A DNA stretch of 64,000 nt from an uncultured Candidatus Binatia bacterium. GTDB lineage: Bacteria > Desulfobacterota > Binatia > HRBIN30. The position numbers were made by a program, and so were the translations under genes. The stretch's first letter is position 1, and every line of letters starts with the position of its first letter. The stretch is taken from the NCBI GenBank assembly GCA_964524885.1, contig CAZGEJ010000003.1, positions 97,994 through 161,993 of the forward strand, read 5' to 3'. Shown in pieces: positions 1 through 10,356 of this stretch. Below the pieces are notes generated by a model that worked only from the letters and a program-made list of their open reading frames with translations, was not told the origin of the DNA and ran no database searches.

Positions 1-1072
1 GCGGTACCGCATCGTCGATCCGAACATCCTGTTTCCGACGCTTCGCGTGTTTTGGGTGTTCGAGTTGATGCGCTTCGGCTACGGCACGATGGTCGACCTG
101 AGTCGCCAGTTGAGCGCCGTTGCGGCGGCGAGCGGCAACGCCGCTCAGCGCAGTCTGGCTGCGTCGATGGCCGGCACGACCGCCTGCTTTCAAGGAGACT
201 TGCGGCGAGCCCGCGAGAAGCTCGAGGAGAGTCTGCAACTCTGCGACGACCCGTACCAACTCCCGCCCGCGTCGGCCTGGCTCGTCGACCCGCGGGTCGA
301 GTCACGTTGCGTACTCGCCTGGGTACTCTGTCTCATGGGGCAACCACGGCAGAGCCGCGCGCGGCTGGAGGAAGCGCATCGACTGGCCGACACCGGTAGG
401 CACGAAAGCACGCGCGGCCTGGTGTTGTGGTTTCGCTCGTCCTTGGCGCAGCTCGACCACGATCTCGCCGGTACCCGCGCCGCGGCCGATGCGCTCGAGG
501 CGCTCGCCGTCGAGACCTCGATCCCCGCGTGGCTGCAGATCGCCACGATCGTGCGTGCCCTGGCCCGCCTGACCGAGGGTGATCCGACAGCGCTGGAACA
601 CGGCCTGGCGTCGCTCGCCGGTGGCGACGGCGACCCCACCATTTTGATCGCCCGGGCCTACCTCCTGGGCCAGCTCGCGCGGGCTTACGGCCCACGCGGC
701 GAAGCAGCACAGGGACTGGCGCTCGTCGACACGGCCCTGTCGCACATCCGCGGCAACTCGGCGCGTGTCAGCGAAGCCGATCTGTTGCGCATCCGCGGCG
801 AACTCCTCGAAGCCGCGGGTGATCCAGTGGCCGCCGATCATGCCTACGTCGAGGCCATGCGGGTCGCGCACGACCAAGGCGCTCGCCTGTTCGAACTGCG
901 CGCCGCCACGGCGCGGGTGCGGCTGCATCGTCGGCAGCGCAACCGCACCCGCCGCGAAGCAGCCGGTCCGCGGGAACGCGATCTACACGCCATCTGCCAA
1001 TCGTTGGGCGACGACGCCGACTGCCATGACGTGCGCATCGCCCGCGCCCTCCTCGACCGGGCGGGCGAGTGA
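1..1072 (+). CDS. C-terminal fragment of a large TPR-like/AAA-type transcriptional regulator; the gene starts upstream of the window
   Basis: ORF 47..1072 is open back to the window edge. The Ala/Leu/Arg-rich helical-repeat composition is typical of the C-terminal TPR-like part of LuxR/AfsR/MalT-class regulators. No credible start lies inside the window. Confidence 0.4.
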   Translation, partial: RYRIVDPNILFPTLRVFWVFELMRFGYGTMVDLSRQLSAVAAASGNAAQRSLAASMAGTTACFQGDLRRAREKLEESLQLCDDPYQLPPASAWLVDPRVESRCVLAWVLCLMGQPRQSRARLEEAHRLADTGRHESTRGLVLWFRSSLAQLDHDLAGTRAAADALEALAVETSIPAWLQIATIVRALARLTEGDPTALEHGLASLAGGDGDPTILIARAYLLGQLARAYGPRGEAAQGLALVDTALSHIRGNSARVSEADLLRIRGELLEAAGDPVAADHAYVEAMRVAHDQGARLFELRAATARVRLHRRQRNRTRREAAGPRERDLHAICQSLGDDADCHDVRIARALLDRAGE

Positions 1073-1094
1073 GACCGAGAGTGGCGCAGACCCC

Positions 1095-2369
1095 TCAAAG
1101 CGGGTGGAGGCGGACCGGCAGCGTGTGAAAGCCGCGAACGAAGTTCGAACGCACCCGTACGGGGGTACCGACGACTTCGACGTGGCGGAAGCGCTGCAAG
1201 ATTTCCTCCCACAGGATGCGCAGCTGCATTTCCGCCAGCCGACTTCCGACGCAGAAGTGGATGCCCCAACCGAACGACAGATGCTCGCGTGCGTCGGCGC
1301 GATCGATGAGAAACTCGTTGGCGCGCGGGATCGCCGTGTCGTCGCGATTGGCCGACACGTACCACATCACCACCTTGTCGCCCTGCGCGATGCGCTTGCC
1401 CCCCAACTCGGTATCGCAGGTCGCCGTGCGCCGCATGTGAGCCAGCGGCGTCTGCCAGCGAATCATCTCGCAGACCATGTTGGGAATCAGGCCGGCATTC
1501 TGCCGTAGCTTGTCGTACTCCGCGGGGTTCTCGTTGAGCGCCAGCACTCCTCCCGAAATCGAATTGCGCGTCGTATCGTTGCCGCCGACGATCAGCAGGA
1601 TCAGCGTGCCCAAGATCTCGATCGGCGACATCTCCTGCGTCGCCGGGCCGTTGGCCAAGGCGGTGACGAAGTCGAGCCGGTCGACGTCTCTGCCGACGCG
1701 CTCCTTCCACAACCCTTGGAACACCTCCAGACATTCCTCCAATGCCGCGCGCCGCTCCTCCTCGGTCGCACCGGTAGCGCCCACGAGCCCTGGGCTCGCC
1801 GTCGCCATGTCCGACCAATACGTCAGACGGCGGCGCTCGTCGTAGGGAAAGTCGAAGAGCGTCGCCAACATCGCCGTGGTCAGTTCGATCGACACCGCGT
1901 CGACCCAGTCGAACACCTCGCCGACGGGCAGACTGTCGAGAATCGCCACCGCCCGTTGGCGAATCAGTCCCTCCAGCCGCACCAGGTTACGCGGGCCGAG
2001 CACCGGAGAGATGGTCTTGCGGTGGGCCGTGTGGCGCGGATCGTCCATGGCGATGAAGCCAGGAGACAGTGCGAAGTCGTCCGGCAGGTCGCCGATGACG
2101 ATCGAGCGCTCCGACGAGTACGTCGCCGCGTCACGCTCGACGGTCATGACGTCGGCGTACTTGGTGATCGACCAATAGGGCCCGAAAGCGCTCGCCGGAC
2201 AGAAGTGCACCGGATCCTCGTGGCGCAAGCGGGCGAAGTAGCCCGCCTGCGTGTCGGTCTCGAACAGCTCCGAGTCGGAGACGTCGATGGCCGCGAGCGG
2301 GATCGCATACGGGTCGCGGTCGGCCTGACCCTTCGACGGAATGGGGTTGGCGGCAATCGTGTGGCTCAT
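1095..2369 (-). CDS. Cytochrome P450, CYP153-like (alkane/terminal hydroxylase type)
   Basis: Heme-thiolate loop FGWGIHFCVGSRLAEMQLRILWEEILQRF. I-helix LILLIVGGNDTTRNS. EMIRW (ExxR) motif. The start at Met54 of the ORF (MSHTIAANP) is preceded on the coding strand by GGAGGA. Confidence 0.9.
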   Translation of the reverse strand: MSHTIAANPIPSKGQADRDPYAIPLAAIDVSDSELFETDTQAGYFARLRHEDPVHFCPASAFGPYWSITKYADVMTVERDAATYSSERSIVIGDLPDDFALSPGFIAMDDPRHTAHRKTISPVLGPRNLVRLEGLIRQRAVAILDSLPVGEVFDWVDAVSIELTTAMLATLFDFPYDERRRLTYWSDMATASPGLVGATGATEEERRAALEECLEVFQGLWKERVGRDVDRLDFVTALANGPATQEMSPIEILGTLILLIVGGNDTTRNSISGGVLALNENPAEYDKLRQNAGLIPNMVCEMIRWQTPLAHMRRTATCDTELGGKRIAQGDKVVMWYVSANRDDTAIPRANEFLIDRADAREHLSFGWGIHFCVGSRLAEMQLRILWEEILQRFRHVEVVGTPVRVRSNFVRGFHTLPVRLHPL

Positions 2370-2521
2370 CGCATCCTCCGGCTCGAACGACCCGGTACCC
2401 GGGCGATCGTTGGTCCGTAGCAAGCCCGCGGCGATTCGCCAATCCGAGAAATGCACGATCGCATGGCGACCACACCCGTCCGCGTTGACACGCGGCGTCA
2501 AAGTCGTCAATCGACGCGCTG

Positions 2522-3418
2522 ATGGCACCAGCGTTGTCCGTCGTCGTCATGACGTTCAATCGTCCCGACGCCCTACTGCGTTGCCTGCACTCGCTCGCTC
2601 GTCAGTCCGTGAGCTCCGATGCCTTCGAGGTCGTCGTCGTCGACGTGTCCGATGCGCCGATCGACGACCTGGAGGCGCGCTTCGCCGGCCGCCTACAGCT
2701 ACGCCACCAGCGCGCTGCCAACCGCGGCGTCGCCGTCAACCGCAACGTCGGTGCGCGTGCGGCGCGCGGACGGTGGCTCGTCTACATCGACGATGACTGC
2801 GTCGCACAGCCCGATTGGCTCGCCAAACTGCACGAAACGATCGAGCGCTGCCCTGAGGCGATGATCGGTGGCGGCGTCATCAATCTGCTCGGCGACAACG
2901 TGATCGCCCTCGCCGGCCAGCTGATCACCGACGCGGTCGACCGCCACTTCAACCCGAATCCGCATGACGCGACCTTCGTGCCGGGATTGAACTTCGCCGT
3001 GCCGCGCGATGCCTACCTGGCCGACGGCGGCTGCGATGAAGGATTCGGCATGCTGGCCGCCGAGGATCGCGACCTGTGCCGGCGCTGGCGGCGTGATGGG
3101 CGTCGTATCGTCAAGGCTTCGTCTGCGATCGTGGCACACCAACACCGGGATGACCTCCGCGGCTTCGCCCGTCAGTATTTCAATTACGGACGCGGCGCGT
3201 GGGTCTATCACCGACGCATCGTCGGCGCGGGCGACCCGGCAGGGGAAACCGTCGTTGGCAGCCACCTCGAGCTGCTGCGTCACGTCGGTCGGGCGGTCGC
3301 GGCCCAACCGGCACGGCTCCGAGCCAAGCTACTCGCCCTGGTCGTGGTTTGGGAGGTAGCCAACGCTGCCGGCTTCCTGTGGCAAGCGTCGGTCGCGCGG
3401 CTGCGTCGTCGACGGTGA
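2522..3418 (+). CDS. Family 2 glycosyltransferase
   Basis: N-terminal VVVMTFNRPDALLRCLHSL, then DxD (YIDDDC) and the general GT-A fold layout. Confidence 0.75.
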   Translation: MAPALSVVVMTFNRPDALLRCLHSLARQSVSSDAFEVVVVDVSDAPIDDLEARFAGRLQLRHQRAANRGVAVNRNVGARAARGRWLVYIDDDCVAQPDWLAKLHETIERCPEAMIGGGVINLLGDNVIALAGQLITDAVDRHFNPNPHDATFVPGLNFAVPRDAYLADGGCDEGFGMLAAEDRDLCRRWRRDGRRIVKASSAIVAHQHRDDLRGFARQYFNYGRGAWVYHRRIVGAGDPAGETVVGSHLELLRHVGRAVAAQPARLRAKLLALVVVWEVANAAGFLWQASVARLRRRR

Positions 3419-3517
3419 GGTTGCCCCTTCCCCCGCTGCGCGTGCTCCTCGCTCGCATACGAGCCGCTCGCGTTTACACCGGCCATGCCGGAGAGAAGCA
3501 CACCCGGTAGCCGCCCC

Positions 3518-6500
3518 TTACGCCAGCGTAATGCGAAGCGCGTTGTCCGAGGCGCGCAGGCGAGACGCCAGACTCGCGCGGGCCACGCGCACTCCGCCAA
3601 CGCGATAGAGATGGGGAATTCGCTCGAAGGGAAGGTCGGCGCCATTGAGCCGAAGCGCCGTCGGGCCGCATCCCTGCGCGCCAACCTCATAGTGCAGCCG
3701 CAACGGCATCCCGTAGAGATCAACCGTCACCGCGAGTCCATCCAACGACTTCGGCATCACCGGGTCGATGTCGATCGTCGACTTCCGCCGCCGGATACCT
3801 AGCAAGCACTCGTGCACGAGCCGCAAGGCGATCCCGGCGCCACTGGAGTACACGCGCCAGCCGCCCTCGAAGTCGATCGTGCCGGCGCGCACACGCTCGT
3901 ACTCGGCTACGGCTTGGTAGCGGTCGGCGAACGCGGCGTCGGAACTCGAATAATAGCAATTGGCCTGGCGGCGACGGGCCGTGGGGATGACGCCGTCGAT
4001 GGCGATCGGGTTCATCTGCCGCAGGGCGAGAAAGAACGCCTCAGCCTCTCCCATGTGCGCCATGGCCTCGGCGTAACGCAGGTGGGCATGCATGTACATG
4101 ATGCCGATTTCACGCCCGAAGTGACTGCTCGTCTCGGCCCGTTGGAACTGTCGCTGCTCGCCGCCGCGGTACGTGAAGGGCCGATCGAAGAGCCGTGCGC
4201 CGTCGGCCCCGAGCAGGTGCTCGCGGATCAGCGTGAGGTGCTGTCGTGCCTGCTCCGGTGTCAGCAGATCGTTGAGGATCGCGTGGATCATCGGCAGTAG
4301 GCTGTAGCGAATCCCCGTCGATCGATCGCCGGGATGCAGCAAGTACTTCACCTCGTTCGCATCGCGAAAGTCGGCGTAGCCGGCGATGACTCCGTCGACG
4401 ATCAAGTGGTGCTGGAGCTCCGCACGGATCGCGTCGGCGCGCGCACGCCAGCGCCCCGCATCGGCGGCACGACCGATTCGGTCCAGAGCCGTCGCCATCG
4501 TCCGCAGAGTTTGACAGCACAGAGTGACCGTCCAGGCGCTGCATAGGCCCTCGCTCATCGCCGGATCGACCGGCTGAAGGGAATCGTTCCAGTCGCCATG
4601 GCCGTAAGCGGGCAACGACGTACCGGGAATGACGCGCCGCTCGATGAGCGAACGCGCGCGCTCGACGTGGGCCCAGAGGTCGGCCGTCTCCGCTGTTGCA
4701 TCGCCCTGCGCATCGAAGAACGGAATCACCTCGTCTAGGATCGACGCGTCCTCGCTCGCTTGCAGGTAGCTGGCCAGGGCGAGCACCGGCCAGAAGACGA
4801 TGTCCCCGTGCGACTCTGCCGGACGAATGTTGCGTTCGCGTTCGAAGAACATGAACCACTGGGGCCAATCGCCGTCGGGGTTCTGTTGGCGAAAGACGCG
4901 GACGAGAATGTCGCGCACCGGTTCCCAGGCACCGAGTGCCAGCAGCATCTCGACCGGCCCTTGGCAGACATCGCGCGTCCCCCAGCCGCCTCCGGAGAAC
5001 TGCTCCAACCCGCGCGGCGCGAGGTAATGGACCATGGCGTCGTGCGCCAACCACGGCAACAAGGCGTGCAACTCGCCGGCGGCCTCGCCCGCCGGCGGCA
5101 CCTGCCATGCGGACACCCCAACGAGCTGCTGCTGAAACGCAGCGGCCCGCGCCGCATCGGTGTCGCCTTCATGCGTCGCAAGCGGAACCTCGGGCACCAG
5201 ATGGCCACGAAGGCGCAGCGACAGCCGTGTCGCCGGCGCCGCACGTACACAGAGGAACGGCTGCCCGCGCGTTGCGCCGTCGAGGAACAGCAGTTCGTCG
5301 CCGCCGACTTCCTCGACCGGTGTCTCGCCGTCGAACGTCAAGCGGAAGTACCCTTCGGGAAACCGCCGTCGAATGTCGCCGTCGACGCTCGCTCGCACGT
5401 CGATGTGCCGTCCTTCGCGCCGGAAGGCGACGGGAACGGCCTCCGCGCCGTCGTCGCCGTCGAGTGCCACATGATGCGATAGCAGCCAACGACAGGCGCC
5501 GCCGCTGATCACCGCAACCTCGAGTCCCAACTCGTGCCGCGTCGCCGAAGCGGTCGCACGCACTTCGATGACACCCGCGGCGTGCTTGTAGACCCAGCGG
5601 CAGCCGAGGGGACTCATGGCAAAAGCCGAGGGGACGTCGAGCAGGTGCCAAACCCCGTCGAGTTCGACGAACAGTCGCTGGCCACCGCTACGATGCAGGC
5701 CGAGATAACTGCGACTGGTCGAAAGGAAACGATTGATGTTGACGTGCCCCTGCGTGACCATCGAGTGAAACACGCCATGCATCCATACGGTCGACGTCAA
5801 CGAGGCTTCGTCCGGCGTCCGATGATCGCCACTGCGAAGCAGGTGTCCGTGCGGTCGCAGGACTTGCCTCTCTTTGGCCGCAAGAACCACATGGGTGTCG
5901 GCGCCGACGAAGAACGACAGTAAGCGCGTATCGTCGCGCTCGACGTGGCGCCATTCGCCACCGAACCGTGCGACGAGTTCGGCTTCATCGAGCTCCTCAC
6001 AGCGTAGATTCGGCGCATGACGAAACACCGAGGCCGACACATCGATCGTAGCGCCACGCTCGGACCGTGGAGACCGATCGGGCAGCCTGCCGAGGCGATC
6101 GACGTGGGTCAGGTCGGACGACGACGTGGCCACTGGATGGTGCGGCTCGAACGACCCGAAGAAGCCAAACGTCGCCGTACCACCCGGAGCGACGAGTTGC
6201 GCCTCGTCTTGCAGTACGGCCATCGAGTGCTCGTGCTGCAGTCGCGTCGACGGCAGATGCGACGCCAACAGCCCACGCGGCAACGACCCATCTCTCCCCA
6301 TCGGTCCGTGGAGCTGCAAAGCGTCCGTGGCGAAGGCGACGGCGCGGCGCAGGGAACCGATCAGCACCCATGGGTTGCGGCCACCCATCGCAAGATTTTG
6401 GCGCACGCCCAGCACCCAGCCACGCTCGCCATGCTGCATCGGCGTGAAGTCGACGTACTGGCTCACGTAGTACTCGTTCATGCGCACCGCACCGTAATGC

Positions 6501-6895
6501 GCCAGCGACACGTCCTGCGCGTACACGACATCCAGCCGCACCGCCTCTGGGCCGGTATGGCGCAGGTGTCCCTGCCAAAACCAACGTGCTTCGTGCTCGT
6601 CGAGATGTAAGCGCAACGTGTATTCGATGCCTCGCCACGCACCGGCGAGGCGCAGCCCGTCGTCGTCGACAGCGACGGTGGAAACGCTGCGCGGTCCGAG
6701 CAGTGGCATCACCTCGATCTCGCTGGCGTGCCGCCGCAGGTAGAGATTGGTCGGGCCGCCCTCGACTTCGTTGCCGATATAGGTGTTGACCAGGATGTCG
6801 TGGTGATCGAGGCGACGCAGGGAGCCGTTGGCGTTCACCTGCACGCGCAGCCCTGCAGCGTTGGCGAACGAGAAGGGAAAGCGAGACTGCTTCAT
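3518..6895 (-). CDS. GH94-like glycoside phosphorylase or glycosyltransferase-36 family protein, 1125 aa (cellobiose/beta-glucan phosphorylase-like or NdvB-like catalytic region)
   Basis: Long uninterrupted ORF. Contains the motif AYGHGDWNDSLQPVDP, which I recall as characteristic of the GH94 (alpha/alpha)6 catalytic domain. Size fits a multidomain GH94 enzyme. Confidence 0.55.
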   Translation of the reverse strand: MKQSRFPFSFANAAGLRVQVNANGSLRRLDHHDILVNTYIGNEVEGGPTNLYLRRHASEIEVMPLLGPRSVSTVAVDDDGLRLAGAWRGIEYTLRLHLDEHEARWFWQGHLRHTGPEAVRLDVVYAQDVSLAHYGAVRMNEYYVSQYVDFTPMQHGERGWVLGVRQNLAMGGRNPWVLIGSLRRAVAFATDALQLHGPMGRDGSLPRGLLASHLPSTRLQHEHSMAVLQDEAQLVAPGGTATFGFFGSFEPHHPVATSSSDLTHVDRLGRLPDRSPRSERGATIDVSASVFRHAPNLRCEELDEAELVARFGGEWRHVERDDTRLLSFFVGADTHVVLAAKERQVLRPHGHLLRSGDHRTPDEASLTSTVWMHGVFHSMVTQGHVNINRFLSTSRSYLGLHRSGGQRLFVELDGVWHLLDVPSAFAMSPLGCRWVYKHAAGVIEVRATASATRHELGLEVAVISGGACRWLLSHHVALDGDDGAEAVPVAFRREGRHIDVRASVDGDIRRRFPEGYFRLTFDGETPVEEVGGDELLFLDGATRGQPFLCVRAAPATRLSLRLRGHLVPEVPLATHEGDTDAARAAAFQQQLVGVSAWQVPPAGEAAGELHALLPWLAHDAMVHYLAPRGLEQFSGGGWGTRDVCQGPVEMLLALGAWEPVRDILVRVFRQQNPDGDWPQWFMFFERERNIRPAESHGDIVFWPVLALASYLQASEDASILDEVIPFFDAQGDATAETADLWAHVERARSLIERRVIPGTSLPAYGHGDWNDSLQPVDPAMSEGLCSAWTVTLCCQTLRTMATALDRIGRAADAGRWRARADAIRAELQHHLIVDGVIAGYADFRDANEVKYLLHPGDRSTGIRYSLLPMIHAILNDLLTPEQARQHLTLIREHLLGADGARLFDRPFTYRGGEQRQFQRAETSSHFGREIGIMYMHAHLRYAEAMAHMGEAEAFFLALRQMNPIAIDGVIPTARRRQANCYYSSSDAAFADRYQAVAEYERVRAGTIDFEGGWRVYSSGAGIALRLVHECLLGIRRRKSTIDIDPVMPKSLDGLAVTVDLYGMPLRLHYEVGAQGCGPTALRLNGADLPFERIPHLYRVGGVRVARASLASRLRASDNALRITLA

Positions 6896-6906
6896 GGTGC
6901 TGATCC

Positions 6907-9900
6907 GTGGGCCTTACCTTGCACGTCCGGCTGTCGCATGCACGCGTCGCACCCCTGCCGTGGCGCGTCGGCTCGGGCTTCGCTAAGAGCCACGCCATGA
7001 GCGACGGCCTCGATGTTTGGATCGGCGATGCGGCAAGCTTCGACGAGTGGCGCACCGCCGCCGCCGACGGGTCGCGGGCGGATCTCGCGCTCGCGGGCCG
7101 GGCGCTACGATTTTCGTTCGAATTGGCGGGACCGACGAGTTGGGTCATTGCTCGGCGCGACATCGCCGCCGAATTGCCACCGCATTACGCGATTCTCTTG
7201 CGGCTCCGCGGCGCGGCACCGCCGAATCAGCTGCAATGCAAATTGGTCGATCCGAGCGGGCAGAATGTCTGGTGGTGGCGTATCGCCGACTTCGAACCGA
7301 CCGCCGACGGCCGAACGCTGATCCTGCGTCGGGCAGCGCTCGAGTTCGCCTGGGGACCACGCAGCGGCGGCATGCCCGAGCGCATCGGCGCGATCGAGCT
7401 CGCCTGGGCGGCAGGCAGTGGCGGCACCGGTACGGTGTACATCGACGAGGTGCGCCTGGAGGCCCGGCCCGCACCCGCCAACGAGCCGAAGATCGTCGGC
7501 ATCCGCGCCTCGAGCGACGGAGGCGACAGAGCGATCGAGAGTCTCCTCGGCGACGTTGGGCATTGGCAGCCGAACCCATCCGACGAACGCCCCTACCTCG
7601 AACTCGACCTCGGCGGCCCCGGCGAGTGGGGCGGCGTCATCGTCGACTTCGCCAGCGAGCCGGCGATCGCCTGCCGCCTGAGCGCATCGCACGACGGAGC
7701 ATCCTGGACACCACTGGCCAACGCCGACGGCGGGGCTGGCAAACGACGCTGGTTACGCACCCCCGCCGGCGACGGTCGCTTCGCCCGGCTCGACTTCGCG
7801 CCTGGCACACGCCCCGTGATCACGCGCCTTCGGATGGTCGCACTCGAGCAAGCCGTCGCGCCGGCACGCCATTTGGCCGCGCGCGCGGCTCAGGCTCGAC
7901 GCGGCTCGTTCCCGCGCCATCTGCTCGGCGAGCAAACGTACTGGGCCTTGGTCGGAGGCGACGGGGAGCGTCGCAAGGGACTATTGAGCGAATCGGGTGC
8001 CGTCGAGATCGAGGCCGAAGGCTTCACCCTCGAGCCGTTTCTGTGGGTGAACGACCGTCTCATCACGTGGGCCGACGTCGAGCCAGAGCTGCACCTGGCC
8101 GATGGGCACCTACCGCTGCCGAGCGTGCGCTGGCGGATCGATGCACTGCAGCTGGAAATCCGTCCCTTCGCCGCGGGCGAGGTCGAACGCAGTGCGCTGA
8201 TCGTCCAGTACGAACTCGCGAACCGCGGAGCAAACCCGGCGCGGCTCCGACTGTTCGTCGCGGTGCGCCCGTTTCAGGTGAATCCGACGTGGCAGAGTCT
8301 CAACATGAAGGGCGGCATCGCGCCGCTGACGCGCCTCGAAAACGATCACCGCGTGGTTCGTGTCAATCGCGAACGCCAGGTGGTGTGTGTCTCGCCGCCC
8401 GACGGCTGCGGCGCGGCGCCCTCGGAGGAGGGCTTGCGGGCGTTATACGAAGGTGCGCTGCCGGGCCTCGCGGTCGTCGACGACCCGGTCGGCTTCGCCG
8501 AGGCGGCGCTCGCCTACGACGTCGAGCTGGCACCTGGGGAAAAGGTCGCCCTGGGTGTCGCCGTTCCCTGGTACGACGCTACGCCGCCGCTGCCGACGCC
8601 GCCGGATCGGTCGACGGCGGCCCATTGGTTGGAAGGACGCCGGCACGAGAGCCTGACGTACTGGCGCCGCCGGCTGCAGCACGTGCCGATCGAATTGCCG
8701 GCGTGTGCGCGCGACTTTTCGGACAGCCTGCGGGCCTCGCTCGCGTGGATCCTCGTCAACCGCGAGGGTCCTCGCATTCAACCCGGCCCGCGCTGTTACC
8801 GGCGCTCGTGGATCCGCGACGGCACGCTGACGGGGACGGCACTGGCCGAGATGGGCTTCGCGGACGAGGCACGCGCCTTCTTGCGCTGGTATGCACCGTA
8901 CCAACGCGACGACGGGCAAGTACCGTGCGCCGTCGACCGTCATGGCGTCGACCCGGTCGACGAACACGACAGCCATGGGCAGCTGATCTGGGGTGTCGTC
9001 GAGGTGTACCGCCTGACTGGGGATCGCGCTTTCCTCGCCGAGCTGTGGCCGCGCGTCTTGCGGGCAGCGGACGCCATCGCCGCGTTGCGTGCACGACGCA
9101 CCACGGCGGCCCATCGCGGCAAGCCGTCGTTCGGCCTCTTGCCGGAGTCGATCAGCCACGAGGGATACGCCTCACAGCCGGTGCATTCCTACTGGGACGA
9201 TTTTTTCGCCGTGCGCGGGCTCGCCGACGCGGCCTTCGCGGCGAACGTGTTGGGCGACCCGGCGGCGGCGCGTCTGACGGCATGGCGCGACGCGATGCGC
9301 GTCGACCTGCACGCCTCGATCGCGCAAGTGCTGGCCGAGCAGCACCTCGATTTCCTTCCGGGTTCCGTCGAGTTGGGCGACTTCGACCCGACGTCGACGG
9401 CGATCGCCCTCGACCCCGGCGGCGAAGGGGCGCGCTTACCCGCGACGGCGCTGGCGCGGACGTTCGCGCGATACTGGGAAGAGTTCGACCAACGGCGACG
9501 CGGCATCATGCACAACGAGTCCTATACCGCGTACGAGGTGCGCAACGCACCGGCACTGGTGTTGCTCGGACAGCGTCAGCGAGCCGTCGAGCTGTTGCAG
9601 TGGTTGATGGACGATCAACGCCCGCCGGCGTGGCGGCAATGGCCGGAAGTGAGCACCCGCGACCCACGAGTGGCCCGCTTTCTCGGCGATCTGCCACATG
9701 GATGGATCGCCTCGAGCTTCGCCCGCGCCGTGCGCCGGATGCTGGCCTACGAACGCGCGGACGACGGCGTCTTGGTACTGGCCGCCGGAGTGCCCGAGGC
9801 TTGGGTGCGCCAGGCGCCGGGCGTGCGGGTACGTCAGCTGCCGACGCATTACGGCCGCCTCGACTTGCACCTACAGGCCGTAGGCGAACACCGCATCGTC

Positions 9901-10074
9901 GTGCACTGTGGCGGCGCCCTGTCGCCGGCGATGCCTGGAATCGTCCTCCATGCGCCGTGCGAGCAACCGCTCCGGCGTGTCCAGGTGGATGGGCGAGTCC
10001 ATCCCGTCGACGCACCGGACCGCGTGCACCTGACGGCGCTGCCCCGAGAGGTGGTCTTGCACTACGACGACTGA
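6907..10074 (+). CDS. GH15-like (alpha/alpha)6-barrel glycoside hydrolase (glucoamylase/glucodextranase-like), about 1025-1055 aa
   Basis: CYRRSWIRDGTLT resembles the GH15 Y-x-W-x-RD signature. A six-hairpin-like helical region follows (FLRWYAPYQRDDGQVPC...HGQLIWGVVEVYRLTGD). An alternative ATG start at 6997 (MSDGLDVW) is possible. Divergent from the GH94-like gene. Confidence 0.5.
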   Translation: MGLTLHVRLSHARVAPLPWRVGSGFAKSHAMSDGLDVWIGDAASFDEWRTAAADGSRADLALAGRALRFSFELAGPTSWVIARRDIAAELPPHYAILLRLRGAAPPNQLQCKLVDPSGQNVWWWRIADFEPTADGRTLILRRAALEFAWGPRSGGMPERIGAIELAWAAGSGGTGTVYIDEVRLEARPAPANEPKIVGIRASSDGGDRAIESLLGDVGHWQPNPSDERPYLELDLGGPGEWGGVIVDFASEPAIACRLSASHDGASWTPLANADGGAGKRRWLRTPAGDGRFARLDFAPGTRPVITRLRMVALEQAVAPARHLAARAAQARRGSFPRHLLGEQTYWALVGGDGERRKGLLSESGAVEIEAEGFTLEPFLWVNDRLITWADVEPELHLADGHLPLPSVRWRIDALQLEIRPFAAGEVERSALIVQYELANRGANPARLRLFVAVRPFQVNPTWQSLNMKGGIAPLTRLENDHRVVRVNRERQVVCVSPPDGCGAAPSEEGLRALYEGALPGLAVVDDPVGFAEAALAYDVELAPGEKVALGVAVPWYDATPPLPTPPDRSTAAHWLEGRRHESLTYWRRRLQHVPIELPACARDFSDSLRASLAWILVNREGPRIQPGPRCYRRSWIRDGTLTGTALAEMGFADEARAFLRWYAPYQRDDGQVPCAVDRHGVDPVDEHDSHGQLIWGVVEVYRLTGDRAFLAELWPRVLRAADAIAALRARRTTAAHRGKPSFGLLPESISHEGYASQPVHSYWDDFFAVRGLADAAFAANVLGDPAAARLTAWRDAMRVDLHASIAQVLAEQHLDFLPGSVELGDFDPTSTAIALDPGGEGARLPATALARTFARYWEEFDQRRRGIMHNESYTAYEVRNAPALVLLGQRQRAVELLQWLMDDQRPPAWRQWPEVSTRDPRVARFLGDLPHGWIASSFARAVRRMLAYERADDGVLVLAAGVPEAWVRQAPGVRVRQLPTHYGRLDLHLQAVGEHRIVVHCGGALSPAMPGIVLHAPCEQPLRRVQVDGRVHPVDAPDRVHLTALPREVVLHYDD

Positions 10075-10356
10075 GGTGACGGCGCCCGACGGCCATCGCC
10101 GAGGTGGTCATGGATGCGCCAGCCAGCCCGCAACCCCCTCCGAGCCCTGGTGCGGGAGCGGGTCACCCCAACGTAGCGAGCTTGAGCCGCTCGCCGCTTG
10201 CCCTACGCCCGGCTACAGGCACCGTCGGTCGGGGGCGCAGCCTGGTTGGATGAATCCGCGCGCACGGAGACGGGGACAGTCCTCGTGCGGGGGCCGTCCC
10301 CCATGCTGTGCAACCATTCGTCCGCCGCACCAATCAGCGCCCGCGATCGCGCCGGC

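Noticed and set aside
4110-7163. - strand ORFs 4110..5108 and 5997..7163 and + strand ORFs 4760..5482, 4936..5508
   Set aside because: They overlap the long GH94-like gene in other frames or on the other strand. They have GC-skewed low-complexity composition and no start context.
7017-10079. 1020-aa ORF in an alternative + frame overlapping the GH15-like gene
   Set aside because: It is extremely Arg/Pro/Gly-rich (RRRR runs) with no motifs. The co-linear frame at 6907..10074 carries the recognisable glycosidase signatures.
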